Assembly: GCA_965197745.1 (NCBI GenBank)
Contig: CBDANS010000007.1
Span: 736,001-800,000 of the forward strand
Reading direction: 5' to 3'
DNA: 64,000 bases
Source: Opitutales bacterium
GTDB taxonomy: Bacteria > Verrucomicrobiota > Verrucomicrobiia > Opitutales > PNEW01
Shown here: positions 50,195-60,984 of the stretch, piece by piece
How positions within the stretch are numbered: the first letter of the stretch is position 1
How the letters are laid out: the number at the start of each line of letters is the position of its first letter
Notes under the pieces: model-generated
The model's database searches: none
What the model was told of the DNA's origin: nothing
What the model saw: the letters and a program-made list of their open reading frames with translations, nothing else
Position numbers and translations under genes: made by a program

Positions 50195-50376
50195 AAATTC
50201 GTTGTGTTAGGTTTTAGGTGTTAAGTGTTAGGTTGAAGGGTGTGTACATGGGCCTCCATTTATTTATTAATCAAACTATTCCCGCGTTCCCGCATTTACG
50301 CGTTTTCGCATCATCGCATATCCCCATCTCCCATTACTTTTGACTTTTTGACCTTTTGACCTTTTGACTATGACCC

Positions 50377-51501
50377 ATGGGGTCATATTCCGATAAGCTG
50401 ATATTGATTATCGATGGTCACTTGGATATGGGGTTTAATGCGCTTTTTAATCGGCGTGATCTTACCCAACCGGTTCAGGAATTACGTGCTCGCGAAGACT
50501 CGCTTGAGAACCCGTTAGGTCCCTATGAAAACGATCCTGGAACGGTTACGGTTTCACTCCCGGAAATGCGGAGGGGTCATATTGGTATTATGCTGTCAAC
50601 TATTATGGCGCGTGTCCAAGTGCCCTGGCCCGGAAGACCCAGGACCCACAACGCGGTGCGCACTCAAGCCACAGCCTATGCGCGCGGGCAATCCCATCTC
50701 GCTTATTACCAGGCTTTGGAAAGGGAAGGAGAGACAACCTGGATTAAAACACTCGAGGACTTGAATTCGTGTGTTGCGGCCTGGGAAAACCCCACACCGG
50801 AAACTCCTGTGGGTCTTATCCTCTCCATGGAAAGCGCCGATCCCATCCTTGGTCCCGACCAGGTAGGGGAGTGGTGGGATGCCGGATTGCGTTCTGTCGG
50901 CATTACTCATTTCGGGGCCAATTCTTATGGACACGGAACCGGTACGCCGGGGGGACTATACCCCACAGCATACCCGCTGATGGATGCATTTGCAGATACA
51001 AAAATGATTATTGATCTCACCCATGCCGCTGATATCACATTCTGGCAGATCCTAGATTATTGGGATGGACCGATACATGCCAGCCATTGCAACTGTCGCG
51101 CACTCGTACCCGGTCAACGCCATCTCAGTGACGAAATGATAAAGGCGGTCTGCGAACGCGATGGCGTAATTGGCGCTGTATTTGCCGAGCCCATGCTCAA
51201 TCCTCAGTGGGATTGGGATGATCCGAGAACACATTATACTAATGCGTCGCGATCGATGAAGGCGGTAATTGAACATGTCGATCACATCTGTCAGCTCGTC
51301 GGTAACACGGATCACGTAGCTATTGGCACTGATCTCGATGGCGGATTTGGACGTGAACTGGCCCCAACCGACATGAATACTATCTACGACCTGCAAATAT
51401 TTTTAAATCTGCTGCGTGAAAGGGGATACAGCGAAGAGGACGTTACAAAAATTGCTCATGGTAATTTGCTACGCCTCTTCCGCCATGCATGGAGTAAATA
51501 A
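50377..51501 (+). CDS. Membrane dipeptidase (peptidase M19), paralog 1
   Basis: IDGHLD, MESAD, IDLTH, ASHCN, IGTDLDGG. Confidence 0.92.
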   Translation: MGSYSDKLILIIDGHLDMGFNALFNRRDLTQPVQELRAREDSLENPLGPYENDPGTVTVSLPEMRRGHIGIMLSTIMARVQVPWPGRPRTHNAVRTQATAYARGQSHLAYYQALEREGETTWIKTLEDLNSCVAAWENPTPETPVGLILSMESADPILGPDQVGEWWDAGLRSVGITHFGANSYGHGTGTPGGLYPTAYPLMDAFADTKMIIDLTHAADITFWQILDYWDGPIHASHCNCRALVPGQRHLSDEMIKAVCERDGVIGAVFAEPMLNPQWDWDDPRTHYTNASRSMKAVIEHVDHICQLVGNTDHVAIGTDLDGGFGRELAPTDMNTIYDLQIFLNLLRERGYSEEDVTKIAHGNLLRLFRHAWSK

Positions 51502-51503
51502 TC

Positions 51504-52589
51504 ATGGCTGATAAACCCATACTCATTGTAGACAGCCATCTCGACCTGGCTTTTAACGCTATTCAGATTAATCGGGATATTACACAACCGGCAGCTGTTG
51601 TTCGCACCCATGATCATCAATCCCATCTTTACCGATGGGGAAGCGCTACCGTTACTTTTCCTGAACTGAGAAAAGGAAAAGTAGGGATCGTGTTCGGAAC
51701 GGTTATGTCTCGAATCGATCCTACCGATTGGCTGGGGCGCACCGGGGGGATGTATTCGCAAGCGCAATGTTACGGAGTAGGTCACGGGCATTACTCTTTT
51801 TACAAGGCGATGGAAAGGGAAGGTATACTTAAATTTATCCATAATGCCGAAGATCTAGATGCGATGGTCACGGCCTGGCAAAATCCCGCTGCCGATACCC
51901 CTTTTGGTTTAGTTCTCGCGATGGAAAGCGCGGATCCTATCTTGAACCCGGACCATGTCTCCGAATGGTACGACCGTGGTTTGCGCATCGTCAGTATTTC
52001 TCATTACGGCACCAGTACCTATGCCCACGGCACCGACACGGAAGGCGGTCTGTTACCCAAGGGTAAGCCTCTTCTCGATGCCTTGAAAGCGAGCGGTATT
52101 ATTGTCGATCTGACACATACAACAGACCAGGGGTTTTGGGAAATACTCGATTATTATGATGGGCCGGTTGCCGCTTCTCATCACAATTGCAGGGCCCTCG
52201 TTCCGGGCCAGCGACAGTTAACCGATGATATGATCAAAGCCATTGTCGAACGCAATGGCGTGATTGGAGCCGCATTTGATGTATGGATGCTCGATCCCGA
52301 TTGGATAAGGGGTGTTCGTGGGTGTGATCAAACGACGAAAGCCACGCTTGAAACGGTTGTCGATCACATAGAGCACATTGTCCAACTTGTGGGCAGTACC
52401 AATCACTGTGGGATTGGCACCGACCTCGATGGGGGTTATGGACAGGAGCAATCTCCCCGCGATCTCAACACTATTGCTGACCTCCAAAATCTTCCCGCAA
52501 TTTTTAAACAGCGTGGTTACAAAGAAGATGACATTGAAAAGTTCATGTCAGGGAATTGGATTCGTTTTTTAAAAGAAGTCTGGGGTTGA
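51504..52589 (+). CDS. Membrane dipeptidase (peptidase M19), paralog 2
   Basis: VDSHLD, MESAD, VDLTH, ASHHN, IGTDLDGG. Confidence 0.92.
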   Translation: MADKPILIVDSHLDLAFNAIQINRDITQPAAVVRTHDHQSHLYRWGSATVTFPELRKGKVGIVFGTVMSRIDPTDWLGRTGGMYSQAQCYGVGHGHYSFYKAMEREGILKFIHNAEDLDAMVTAWQNPAADTPFGLVLAMESADPILNPDHVSEWYDRGLRIVSISHYGTSTYAHGTDTEGGLLPKGKPLLDALKASGIIVDLTHTTDQGFWEILDYYDGPVAASHHNCRALVPGQRQLTDDMIKAIVERNGVIGAAFDVWMLDPDWIRGVRGCDQTTKATLETVVDHIEHIVQLVGSTNHCGIGTDLDGGYGQEQSPRDLNTIADLQNLPAIFKQRGYKEDDIEKFMSGNWIRFLKEVWG

Positions 52590-52726
52590 AAAGTTGGTTG
52601 ATGCATGATGCAGGATGCGGGATACAAAGTAATATAACCGCTTATACGCATATTCGCATTTTCCCATACACGCATGTCCCCATATACCTTTGACTTTTGA
52701 CCTTCGACATTAGACTTTAATTATTC

Positions 52727-53506
52727 ATGCGCTTGAAAAATAAAGTTGCGTTAATAACTGGGGCTTCCCGGGGGTTAGGGAAGGCTATGGCCCTTTGCTT
52801 TGCCAAAGAGGGAGCGGCTGTTGCCGTTAACTATGTCAAAAGCCGTGAACAGGCTGAACTGATCTGCGAGGGCATTGTCGAATCGGGGGGCAAAGCCATG
52901 CCCGTGCAGGCCGATGTGTCCAATGTTGAGGAAGTAAAGCAGATGGTGCAAATCGTAGAGGAGGCATATCATAACATTGATGTCCTAGTAAACAACGCCG
53001 GGCTCTTTATCCCCATCAATATAATGGAAGACCCGCCGTCTGTTATAGATCGTTTATACGAAGTAAATATTAAGGGGATTATTCACACCGTACAGGCCGT
53101 AGTCGGTAAGATGAAAGAGAGGAAATACGGAAGAATTCTTAATCTCAGTTCTATCGCAGGACTGGGTACTGATTTTGCCGGGACCAGTGGGTACGCCGCG
53201 ACTAAAGCGGCGGTAATATCACTTACTAAACGAATGGCACTGGATTTAGGGGAGTATGGTATAACCGTTAACTCAATTGCACCGGGATTTATTAAAACAG
53301 ATATGGCACTACGTGACGGCGTGACGGAAGTAAGTGCTGAAAATTTAAAAGCCGTCGCAAAGAAAGCGATGTTGAATCGAGTGGGGGAACCCGAAGATAT
53401 CGCCTATCCCGCGTTATTTCTCGTATCCGACGAGGCCAGTTTTATAACCGGTCAAATTCTCACCGTCGATGGTGGGAGAAAAGATTTTCTCACTTTTTCA
53501 GCTTAA
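52727..53506 (+). CDS. SDR family oxidoreductase
   Basis: TGASRGLG, NNAG, YAATK. Confidence 0.95.
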   Translation: MRLKNKVALITGASRGLGKAMALCFAKEGAAVAVNYVKSREQAELICEGIVESGGKAMPVQADVSNVEEVKQMVQIVEEAYHNIDVLVNNAGLFIPINIMEDPPSVIDRLYEVNIKGIIHTVQAVVGKMKERKYGRILNLSSIAGLGTDFAGTSGYAATKAAVISLTKRMALDLGEYGITVNSIAPGFIKTDMALRDGVTEVSAENLKAVAKKAMLNRVGEPEDIAYPALFLVSDEASFITGQILTVDGGRKDFLTFSA

Positions 53507-53514
53507 ATCCGAAA

Positions 53515-53697
53515 AGTCGAAAGTCTAAGGTCAAAGGTCGAAAGCGGAAGGAGGGTTGAGGAAATGTGTATACGCGGTAAAGCGTGAATGTGAATTGATA
53601 CAGTATAATCTAACCGCTTATCCCCATTATCGCTTTTACGCGTCTACGCATTATCGCATATACCTTTTGACTTTTTGACCTTTTGACTTTTTGACTT
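53515..53697. repeat. Two-layer nested arm element
   Basis: GTCGAAA GTCTAAG GTCAAAG GTCGAAA / (CTTTTGAC-type)x4 outside; GCG/CGC octamer arms inside. Confidence 0.8.
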
Positions 53698-53706
53698 AAA
53701 TCCTCA

Positions 53707-55116
53707 ATGGAAAGTAAGGGGATTAAAGGTACGGAAATTCTGATTGTTGAAGACGAACCGCTCTTGCGAAAGCGGCTGGTCGCCTTTCTCGAAAGCGAGG
53801 GGGCCGAAGTCACAGCGACGGAAAATCTGGAGGGGGCCAGCAACTGCTTGAGCAGTTTACATTTTGATTTCGCTTTAATTGATATCCATCTTCCCGATGG
53901 TCTTGGGATCGACCTTTTGCGTGAGAAAAAATTTTCCGCGAATACCAATATTGTCATCATGACAGCTGAAGGTGGTGTAGAAAGTGCGGTTGAAGCGATG
54001 CGCCTTGGGGCCTCTGATTATTTGAGAAAGCCATTTGATCTTGAAGAGCTCCCGATTATTTTTAAACGCTGTGCACTTGCTCATCATACCGCTCGTCTTC
54101 AGGAACATCGCCGTAAAGAAGATTCAAAAGCTGAAGATCGGTTCTTTTTCGGTGAAGCGCTTACGGGGATCAAAAATCAACTGGAAAAGATCTTAGAAGC
54201 GGATCGGCGATTAGGTGAAGGATTGCCACCCGTCCTTATTGAGGGCGATACAGGGACGGGGAAAACGGCTATTGCCCGATGGCTGCATAACCTCGGGTCT
54301 CGAGCAAATCAACCGCTCGTTGAAGTTAACGGTTCAACGCTTCCAGACAACCTCGCTGAATCGGAACTTTTCGGTCACGAACGTGGAGCCTTTACGGATG
54401 CCCGGAGTGCCCGTATCGGACTCTTTGAAGCTGCTGACGGAGGCACTCTGTTTCTCGACGAATTGCCCAGCCTTAGCTCCGCTGTTCAGGTCAAGATATT
54501 GACGGCGATTGAAGACCGTAAAATCCGCCGAGTGGGAGGTAATAAAGAAGTCCCGGTTGATGTTCGCCTGATTACGGCTACCAATCAAAATTTACAGCAA
54601 CTTGTCACTGACGGTGTTTTCCGCGAAGATCTCTACCACCGGCTTGACCTCATGCGCATAAATATTCCCCCTTTACGTGATCGTGGGCCTGACATCTTAA
54701 ATTTGGCGGAGCACTTGCTTGAAGATCTTTGCCGTCGCTACCGGGTAAAAAAAGTCAGTATTTCTGAATCGGGAAGGCGAAAACTTATAGCTTATCCCTG
54801 GCCAGGAAACGTGCGCGAACTGGCACACGAGTTGGAACGTTCCATTGTCATGTTGGAGGGGGACACTTTGGATTTCGATAAATTGGATATTACACATGGG
54901 AGGAGTGTGACTATTGATGAGTCACCGCATTCGTCCAATGACTGGTTTAATAATAATTTCGTGTTTCCTGATGGTGAATTCAAGCTTGAGGAAGCCATCA
55001 CGAGAATTATTCATCAAGCCCTCAAGCAAACCGATAACAATGTCTCGGCGGCGGCTCGCCTTCTTGGTGTTCCCCGGGATTATGTCCGTTATCGCTTGTC
55101 AGGCCAAAAGAAATAA
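53707..55116 (+). CDS. Sigma54-dependent response regulator (NtrC family)
   Basis: Receiver domain, GDTGTGKT, ESELFGHERGAFTDA, WPGNVREL, Fis-type HTH. Confidence 0.95.
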   Translation: MESKGIKGTEILIVEDEPLLRKRLVAFLESEGAEVTATENLEGASNCLSSLHFDFALIDIHLPDGLGIDLLREKKFSANTNIVIMTAEGGVESAVEAMRLGASDYLRKPFDLEELPIIFKRCALAHHTARLQEHRRKEDSKAEDRFFFGEALTGIKNQLEKILEADRRLGEGLPPVLIEGDTGTGKTAIARWLHNLGSRANQPLVEVNGSTLPDNLAESELFGHERGAFTDARSARIGLFEAADGGTLFLDELPSLSSAVQVKILTAIEDRKIRRVGGNKEVPVDVRLITATNQNLQQLVTDGVFREDLYHRLDLMRINIPPLRDRGPDILNLAEHLLEDLCRRYRVKKVSISESGRRKLIAYPWPGNVRELAHELERSIVMLEGDTLDFDKLDITHGRSVTIDESPHSSNDWFNNNFVFPDGEFKLEEAITRIIHQALKQTDNNVSAAARLLGVPRDYVRYRLSGQKK

Positions 55117-55125
55117 AACATAATG

Positions 55126-55183
55126 TGGGGTTTATTTACCAATACTGACAGGTGTCAGGTGCTTTAATGGGGATTATACACCA
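55126..55183. promoter_or_regulatory. Candidate pair of enhancer (bEBP) sites
   Basis: TGGGGTTTATTTACCA (55126) and TGGGGATTATACACCA (55168), 42 bp apart. Confidence 0.5.
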
Positions 55184-55268
55184 CTCAGCTCGTTTTAAGT
55201 GCTCCTTAGAATCTGCTATAATGTCACATATCATTTATATACAAGGGGTTAAATAAATTACTTAATCG

Positions 55269-55284
55269 TGGCACAAGCCCTGCT
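55269..55284 (+). promoter_or_regulatory. Sigma54 -24/-12 promoter
   Basis: TGGCACAAGCCCTGCT with exact GG-N10-GC spacing, ~40 nt before ATG 55326. Confidence 0.75.
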
Positions 55285-55325
55285 CCTATATATGCGTATA
55301 AACCATTGAAACCATTATAATTATT

Positions 55326-55982
55326 ATGAAACCATTAATAAAAATACTATTCATTCCCATCTTGATTTTACTGGCTTTTGGGCTCCAGGTTCACGGACAG
55401 AACGACAATACGGATGCTACCGATACCAGGGATAATACCGATACCACTGATGGATCTACAATTGATAACCCGATAATTCGACCGGTTGAATTGAATGATG
55501 CCATCATTGATCGTCTGGGGGAATACCGCGATGAGCAGAATACCTTGCGCGACGAATTGCGTTCACGATTGGACGCTCTCGAAGAACCCACCCCGGATTC
55601 CAGGCGTGCCTTAATTGAAAATTTTCGTCATGAACACGCCGATCGAATCGCGGCGCAAAGAAGGCTGGCTGAAGAAATTCGTCAGGCTCAGCTCCAGTAT
55701 CGCAGAGATAATTTAACCGGCGATCGCCCTCAACGTGACGATTTATCTATAGCCGTTGCTGAGCGAAAGGAACTCTTTAATCAGAGACGGGCCGCGCTAT
55801 TGGAAAAGCGGCGTATCTTGCGCGATGCATTACAAGACGCATCGGATGAAGAGCGTACTAAAATTATTGAAAATTTCCGTGAGGAAAATCTGCAGCAGTT
55901 GAGGGATCATAAACAATTGCGCAGGCAACTGAGAGATGAATTGAATGAAGATCTCAGTGGCGATCGTCGACCGACCGAGTAA
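55326..55982 (+). CDS. Secreted Arg/Glu-rich helical protein
   Basis: Signal peptide; internally duplicated helical block (IENFR..GDR.P twice). Confidence 0.8.
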   Translation: MKPLIKILFIPILILLAFGLQVHGQNDNTDATDTRDNTDTTDGSTIDNPIIRPVELNDAIIDRLGEYRDEQNTLRDELRSRLDALEEPTPDSRRALIENFRHEHADRIAAQRRLAEEIRQAQLQYRRDNLTGDRPQRDDLSIAVAERKELFNQRRAALLEKRRILRDALQDASDEERTKIIENFREENLQQLRDHKQLRRQLRDELNEDLSGDRRPTE

Positions 55983-56022
55983 TTAATCTCGCATTTTGAC
56001 GATCACGGTTATTCGCCACGGG

Positions 56023-56052
56023 GGACAGACGGCTGCTTGAAGCCGTCTGTCC
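56023..56052. terminator. Stem-loop after the secreted-protein gene (terminator or stabiliser)
   Basis: GGACAGACGGCT-loop-AGCCGTCTGTCC; no clear U-tract. Confidence 0.45.
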
Positions 56053-56152
56053 AATCCCACTTGAATCAAAATCTTGCTGGATCTGCAGCATTTATGGCAT
56101 CTTGTGTATAAATTAATTGGCCAGAAATTTTAATTAAAGAAAGAAGAGAACT

Positions 56153-57295
56153 TTGTCCTCAAAATGGAATATATCGTTTACCGCGCTAGTGCTGATACCT
56201 TGTATTCTTTGGTCTCAGGACGACGCCACGATCGATTCCTGGTTATACGATGACACTATCGAATTAGAAGTGCGCGATTGGGAGAGGGACATCAATCTAC
56301 GCGTTAGTACCGGCTACAGTGACAACGTGCTTCTCGCCTCGATTTTTGAACAGGGCAGTGCGTTTATCGGCGCGGAAGTTGAATTATTTACCTGGAGAAA
56401 GCCAAAAAAAGATAAAGCGAATATGCATTTCTACCTGGATGCTCAACAAATTCATTATTTTGACGTGGAAGGTATAGATAACGAATACTTGATTGTCTCA
56501 CAGGGACAGCTGAGCAAACGGTTGAATGATCGAATGACGGTGGGTGGGTCGCTCCAAGCCAATTATATTGATCAAGTTTATGATATATCAGCCAGTTCAT
56601 TTGAACTTGATACTACTACTCTGAAAGTTGGTGAAATTAAATTTACCCCGTTTTTTAAAATAAAAAATCCAAATGGCTATTTTTCAGGGGTGGACTTTGA
56701 TCTGCGACGGGATTTTTTTGAGGACACAACATTTGATTTTACTGAACCCTCGATAGAATTTCACGCGGGTAAACGCTTTAAACACGGATCCATCATCCGC
56801 TTTAATTATGCTTTCGCCCATCGATTTTTCGATACCCGAGTCAAGCGTGACACAAATGGGTTCCCCTTACCGGGAACTATTCTGGAATGGAATGGACACA
56901 CTGTTGATGTTCGTTGGTTACAATTTCTAAATAAAGATAAAACTTTTCATATCCAATCGAAATGGGGTGTTAAATGGAATTCAGATAATGGCACTGGGTA
57001 CTATGACTATTCCCTTTATAAAATAAGCGAATCCTTTATGTTTGAAAAAAATAAATGGGAAATTGCAGGTGAAATTGCCTACAAGTATTATGATTATGAT
57101 ATCCAAACCGTTAGCTTTGATAATTTGGAGGGGCGTTATCTGAGCCAGACTAACATATTGATGAAAGTAGAAAGAAAGATTAATGATAAATGGGAAATGT
57201 TTCTTGAGTACAACCGCGAAAGAAGCCGTTCCAATCGTTTAGAAGATGAGTATAGCGCAAACCGTGTGATTTTGGGATTTGATTATCTTTTTTAA
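56153..57295 (+). CDS. Putative outer-membrane beta-barrel protein
   Basis: Signal peptide, aromatic alternating strands, terminal ...GFDYLF. Confidence 0.75.
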   Translation: MSSKWNISFTALVLIPCILWSQDDATIDSWLYDDTIELEVRDWERDINLRVSTGYSDNVLLASIFEQGSAFIGAEVELFTWRKPKKDKANMHFYLDAQQIHYFDVEGIDNEYLIVSQGQLSKRLNDRMTVGGSLQANYIDQVYDISASSFELDTTTLKVGEIKFTPFFKIKNPNGYFSGVDFDLRRDFFEDTTFDFTEPSIEFHAGKRFKHGSIIRFNYAFAHRFFDTRVKRDTNGFPLPGTILEWNGHTVDVRWLQFLNKDKTFHIQSKWGVKWNSDNGTGYYDYSLYKISESFMFEKNKWEIAGEIAYKYYDYDIQTVSFDNLEGRYLSQTNILMKVERKINDKWEMFLEYNRERSRSNRLEDEYSANRVILGFDYLF

Positions 57296-57407
57296 ACTGA
57301 AAGATGAAAATATCACAGGCATTAGCTATACCCCATTCTAAGTTTTGGTTATTTATAACAACTTAGTTTTTATTAACTAATAATTAATGGAATACGAATT
57401 AAGCTAA

Positions 57408-58841
57408 GTGTCAGTTAAAACCAACAGTCGTCCATTTCCGGGAATTCCGATCTTAGTGGTTATACTTATAACTGTTATTTTCGGGTCCTTAATAAGCATA
57501 CTGGGCCTGAAATCCCGGAAGGCAATACGCAGCCAGATCATTAATCGTGATGCTGAGGTGCTGTATTCGCTGGCGTTGATGGAATTTGCCCGTGCCAATG
57601 AAGAATCTCTGGCTAATTCCTGGTTAGAAGAAATGGGGACCGACCTCTTAACGGTGGTTTTAAGAACATCGGAAATGAGGAGTGTTATAGCGGTCAGGCT
57701 CTTTGACAGTGAAGGGCGATTTACTGATGCGTTACCTGTAGAGTTTTTAAAGGGTGAACTTGGTCCTCAGGATTTAGAGCGCGTTCGACGCTTACAACCG
57801 GTAAGCGTCTACCATCCTGAAGCACGTCTCAGTTATTATTTCGTAGACGTTCTGGGGATAAATGATGATTCAGGTTTTCCTATGCTTGAAGTGCTTTTAC
57901 CGCTTCATGAGGCTGATTCAGATTTATTATTGGGTATTGCCCAGTATCTAATTGACGGTGCCAGTATTAAAAATGATTTTTCCGCTCTTGACAGCAATTT
58001 GATTAATCAAGCGGGAATTGTCTTTGGATGCGGGACACTGACCATCGCAATTATTCTGATATTATCATTTCGCCGACTCCAACGATATAGCTATTTACTT
58101 GAAGACAGAAGCCAACGTCTCCTCAATGCAAATCATGAACTGGCGATGGCAGCTAAATCATCAGCCATTGGTGCCGTGACATCGCACCTTATTCACGGTC
58201 TCAAAAATCCTTTGTCGGGACTGCAGGAGTTCGTTAAAAGTAGAGATTCAAATGAATTAAAAGAATCATCAGAGGAATGGCAAACTGCAGCGGAATCCGC
58301 TCGACGCATGCAGATAATGATCCAGGAAATAACAGCCGTTCTTCGGGACCAGGAGACCGCCCAGAATTACGATTTTACCCTTGAGGAAATACGCGAGATC
58401 ATAATTAGCAAAGCGGAACCACTAACACAAAAATCAGGTATTACTTTCAATGCCGGAGAGACTTCTCATAGTAATCTTGATAGTCGTCGTGGTAACCTGC
58501 TTCTCCTTATTTTGATGAACCTGATTCAAAATGCGGTGGAAGCTACACCCGTCGGCAAAGAGGTGGCGCTCGAATTTCACAACCATGAGAATCGCGTGGA
58601 TATTCATGTCACCGATGAGGGGGAGGGTTTACCCTCTCACATTCAGGAAAACCTTTTTTCACCTTGTCAGAGCAGTAAAGAGAATGGCAGCGGCATTGGA
58701 CTCGCCATCAGTTATCAACTGGCAAAGCACATCGATGCCGATATTACACTTCATGCAACCGGAGCCAATGGGACTTGCTTTATTGTCAGTATTGCAATTT
58801 CAACTAACGTAGTTGAGCGTAAAGAGAATAAATCAGAATGA
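57408..58841 (+). CDS. Sensor histidine kinase
   Basis: Two TMs; HGLKNPL, NLIQNA, DEGEG, GSGIGL boxes. Confidence 0.93.
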   Translation: MSVKTNSRPFPGIPILVVILITVIFGSLISILGLKSRKAIRSQIINRDAEVLYSLALMEFARANEESLANSWLEEMGTDLLTVVLRTSEMRSVIAVRLFDSEGRFTDALPVEFLKGELGPQDLERVRRLQPVSVYHPEARLSYYFVDVLGINDDSGFPMLEVLLPLHEADSDLLLGIAQYLIDGASIKNDFSALDSNLINQAGIVFGCGTLTIAIILILSFRRLQRYSYLLEDRSQRLLNANHELAMAAKSSAIGAVTSHLIHGLKNPLSGLQEFVKSRDSNELKESSEEWQTAAESARRMQIMIQEITAVLRDQETAQNYDFTLEEIREIIISKAEPLTQKSGITFNAGETSHSNLDSRRGNLLLLILMNLIQNAVEATPVGKEVALEFHNHENRVDIHVTDEGEGLPSHIQENLFSPCQSSKENGSGIGLAISYQLAKHIDADITLHATGANGTCFIVSIAISTNVVERKENKSE

Positions 58842-58866
58842 ACCAGCGAATAAAATTAATTATACT

Positions 58867-60836
58867 ATGCGGAAGTTTATTTATTTTCTCACTATCCTGC
58901 TGTTTTCATTTTCATTGAGAGGACAGTCTCCCGGTGATTTGATTTGGACCTATAATACGGGGGGGTAGTATATTCCTCTCCCGCAGTAGGAGATGATGGG
59001 ACAATCTATGTTGGGTCACATAACAACAGGTTTAATGCTATTAATCCGGATGGTTCATTAAAATGGCAATTCAGCGCAGGTGATTTTATAGATTCTTCGC
59101 CGGCCATCGGTCCTGATGACACGCTTTATGTGGGATCATGGGACAATAGGCTCTATGCTCTTAACCCGGACAATGGTGCTAAAATATGGGAATATGAGAC
59201 CGGAAGCCTGGTTATATCATCTCCCGCCATTAGCGAAGATAGCACTATTTATTTTGGCTCTTCCGACGGTTTTTTCTACGCTTTAAATTCTGATGGATCA
59301 TTAAAATGGGAATTTTCCACCACGGACGAACTCGATTCTTCACCGGCCATCGGCTTTGATGGCACTATCTATTTTGGCAGTTATGAAGGTATCCTCTATG
59401 CGCTTAATCCCGATGGCACGCTGAAGTGGTCTTATCAGGTTGATGTTGTTCCGGGCGAAAATAGTCGCATTGCTTCGTCTCCCGCTATCGATATTGAAGA
59501 CAATATTTATTTCGGTTCAGGGAATAATATTTTCTATTCCCTGGATTCAAATGGGAACCTGAATTGGTCATTTATAGCGGATGGTAAAATCGACACCTCG
59601 CCCGCTTTGGGGTTTGATGGTAATATATATTTTGCAACCCGAGAGGGATCTTTATATTGCCTTGATGATAGCGGTATCGAGCAGTGGTCGGTGATAGTAG
59701 GTGATGTTTTTTTTAGTTCTCCTGTTGTAGACACCGAGGGAAATATATATATCGCTTCATTTGTTGGCAGTAATGAAAGCCGCCTTTTCGTATTAGACCC
59801 GAATGGCGATCTCCTTTGGTCTTTCAGTTTCGTTGGTCTTATAGATTCATCTCCGACAATTTCAAATGACGGAAGCGTCTATATCGGCAGTTATGATCAA
59901 AAATTATATGCTATTTTTTCCGGAAAGTCACTGACTGATAGTTACTGGCCGAAATTTAGAAGTACTTTGGGCAATACCGGAAATATATTTTTCGAATTAC
60001 AAAGCGGAATCGTAATTGAAGGATCAGGAGACGTCGTGGGTGAAAACATTGTGCATCCGAGTGGAAACATTTTCGATCAGGTCTTGCTCACCGGCCAGAG
60101 CGTGAAACTGCGCGCCAAGGAAAACCAGATCACCCGCGTTTCATTCATGGACGAAAATGAAGACATAGTGCAGGTAGAGTTCTCGGGCGAAGGTACCTTT
60201 ACCGTAACTCTGGACCCGGTAACCTTCCTGCCACCAGCCCTCCCCCCGCGCTACAACCAGGCAGTAGAGTACGTGACCGGCAAACCCAGCGTGGTCATCG
60301 ATGGAGCCGACTCCACTACTTTCTTCAGTATATTTACCGTAGGTACCATTAATGCCGTGAACCAGGCACTGTTCCCCGAGGGTCAGATCTATGATGCTCA
60401 AGCGGATGTGACCCTGGTGGAAGTTGTAAATTCCACGGGAATGGGGGGAATGCAGTTATCGAACTCCGTATTTTCTGCGAGCACCGGAAGAACAGGCGTG
60501 GTTGCCGAGGGAGTTCCGATTGCGGTACGGTTGACCGTGGGTGACATCGATGCCAGTGGAGACGCAGTGCCGCAGCTGCTCTTTGGAACCGGCTCGTTCA
60601 CGGTGCCGGCGGGTAACCCGGGATTGAGAATAACTGGCGGTGATCTCCTCCAGAGTAATGGAGCATCCATCGTCGTCGCGCCGAGCGGATCGACTACCCC
60701 CGGATTCGAAACCCTGATCTCACAGAACAACTTTAAGTCAGACGAAACGCCTCAGCCCACACAGAGTATTAATGCAACATTCGTTAGCGCCGATGGGACG
60801 GTAATAAATGTTACTATAGAAGAAGTAACGTTTTAA
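58867..60836 (+). pseudogene. Secreted PQQ-like beta-propeller repeat protein, frameshifted at a G7 tract (58959-58965)
   Basis: Signal peptide MRKFIYFL... ends at TAG 58966; one more G gives ..NTGGVVYSSPAVG.., continuous with ORF 59130..60836. Confidence 0.85.
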
Positions 60837-60984
60837 AAGGGATGAGTCAAAAGTCGAAAGTCAATTGGACGCAACGGAGTGCGTCCCTCCAGAAAATAAA
60901 TGGAGAGATGAAGACACGGGCGATGACGAAGATTGTCGATTTACATTATAGAATATAGCTTCTTCTTCGTCCTTCCAGTTATTT

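Noticed and set aside
55238..55252. IHF site between enhancer and sigma54 promoter
   Set aside because: ATACAAGGGGTTA has two mismatches to WATCAANNNNTTR, too weak to call.
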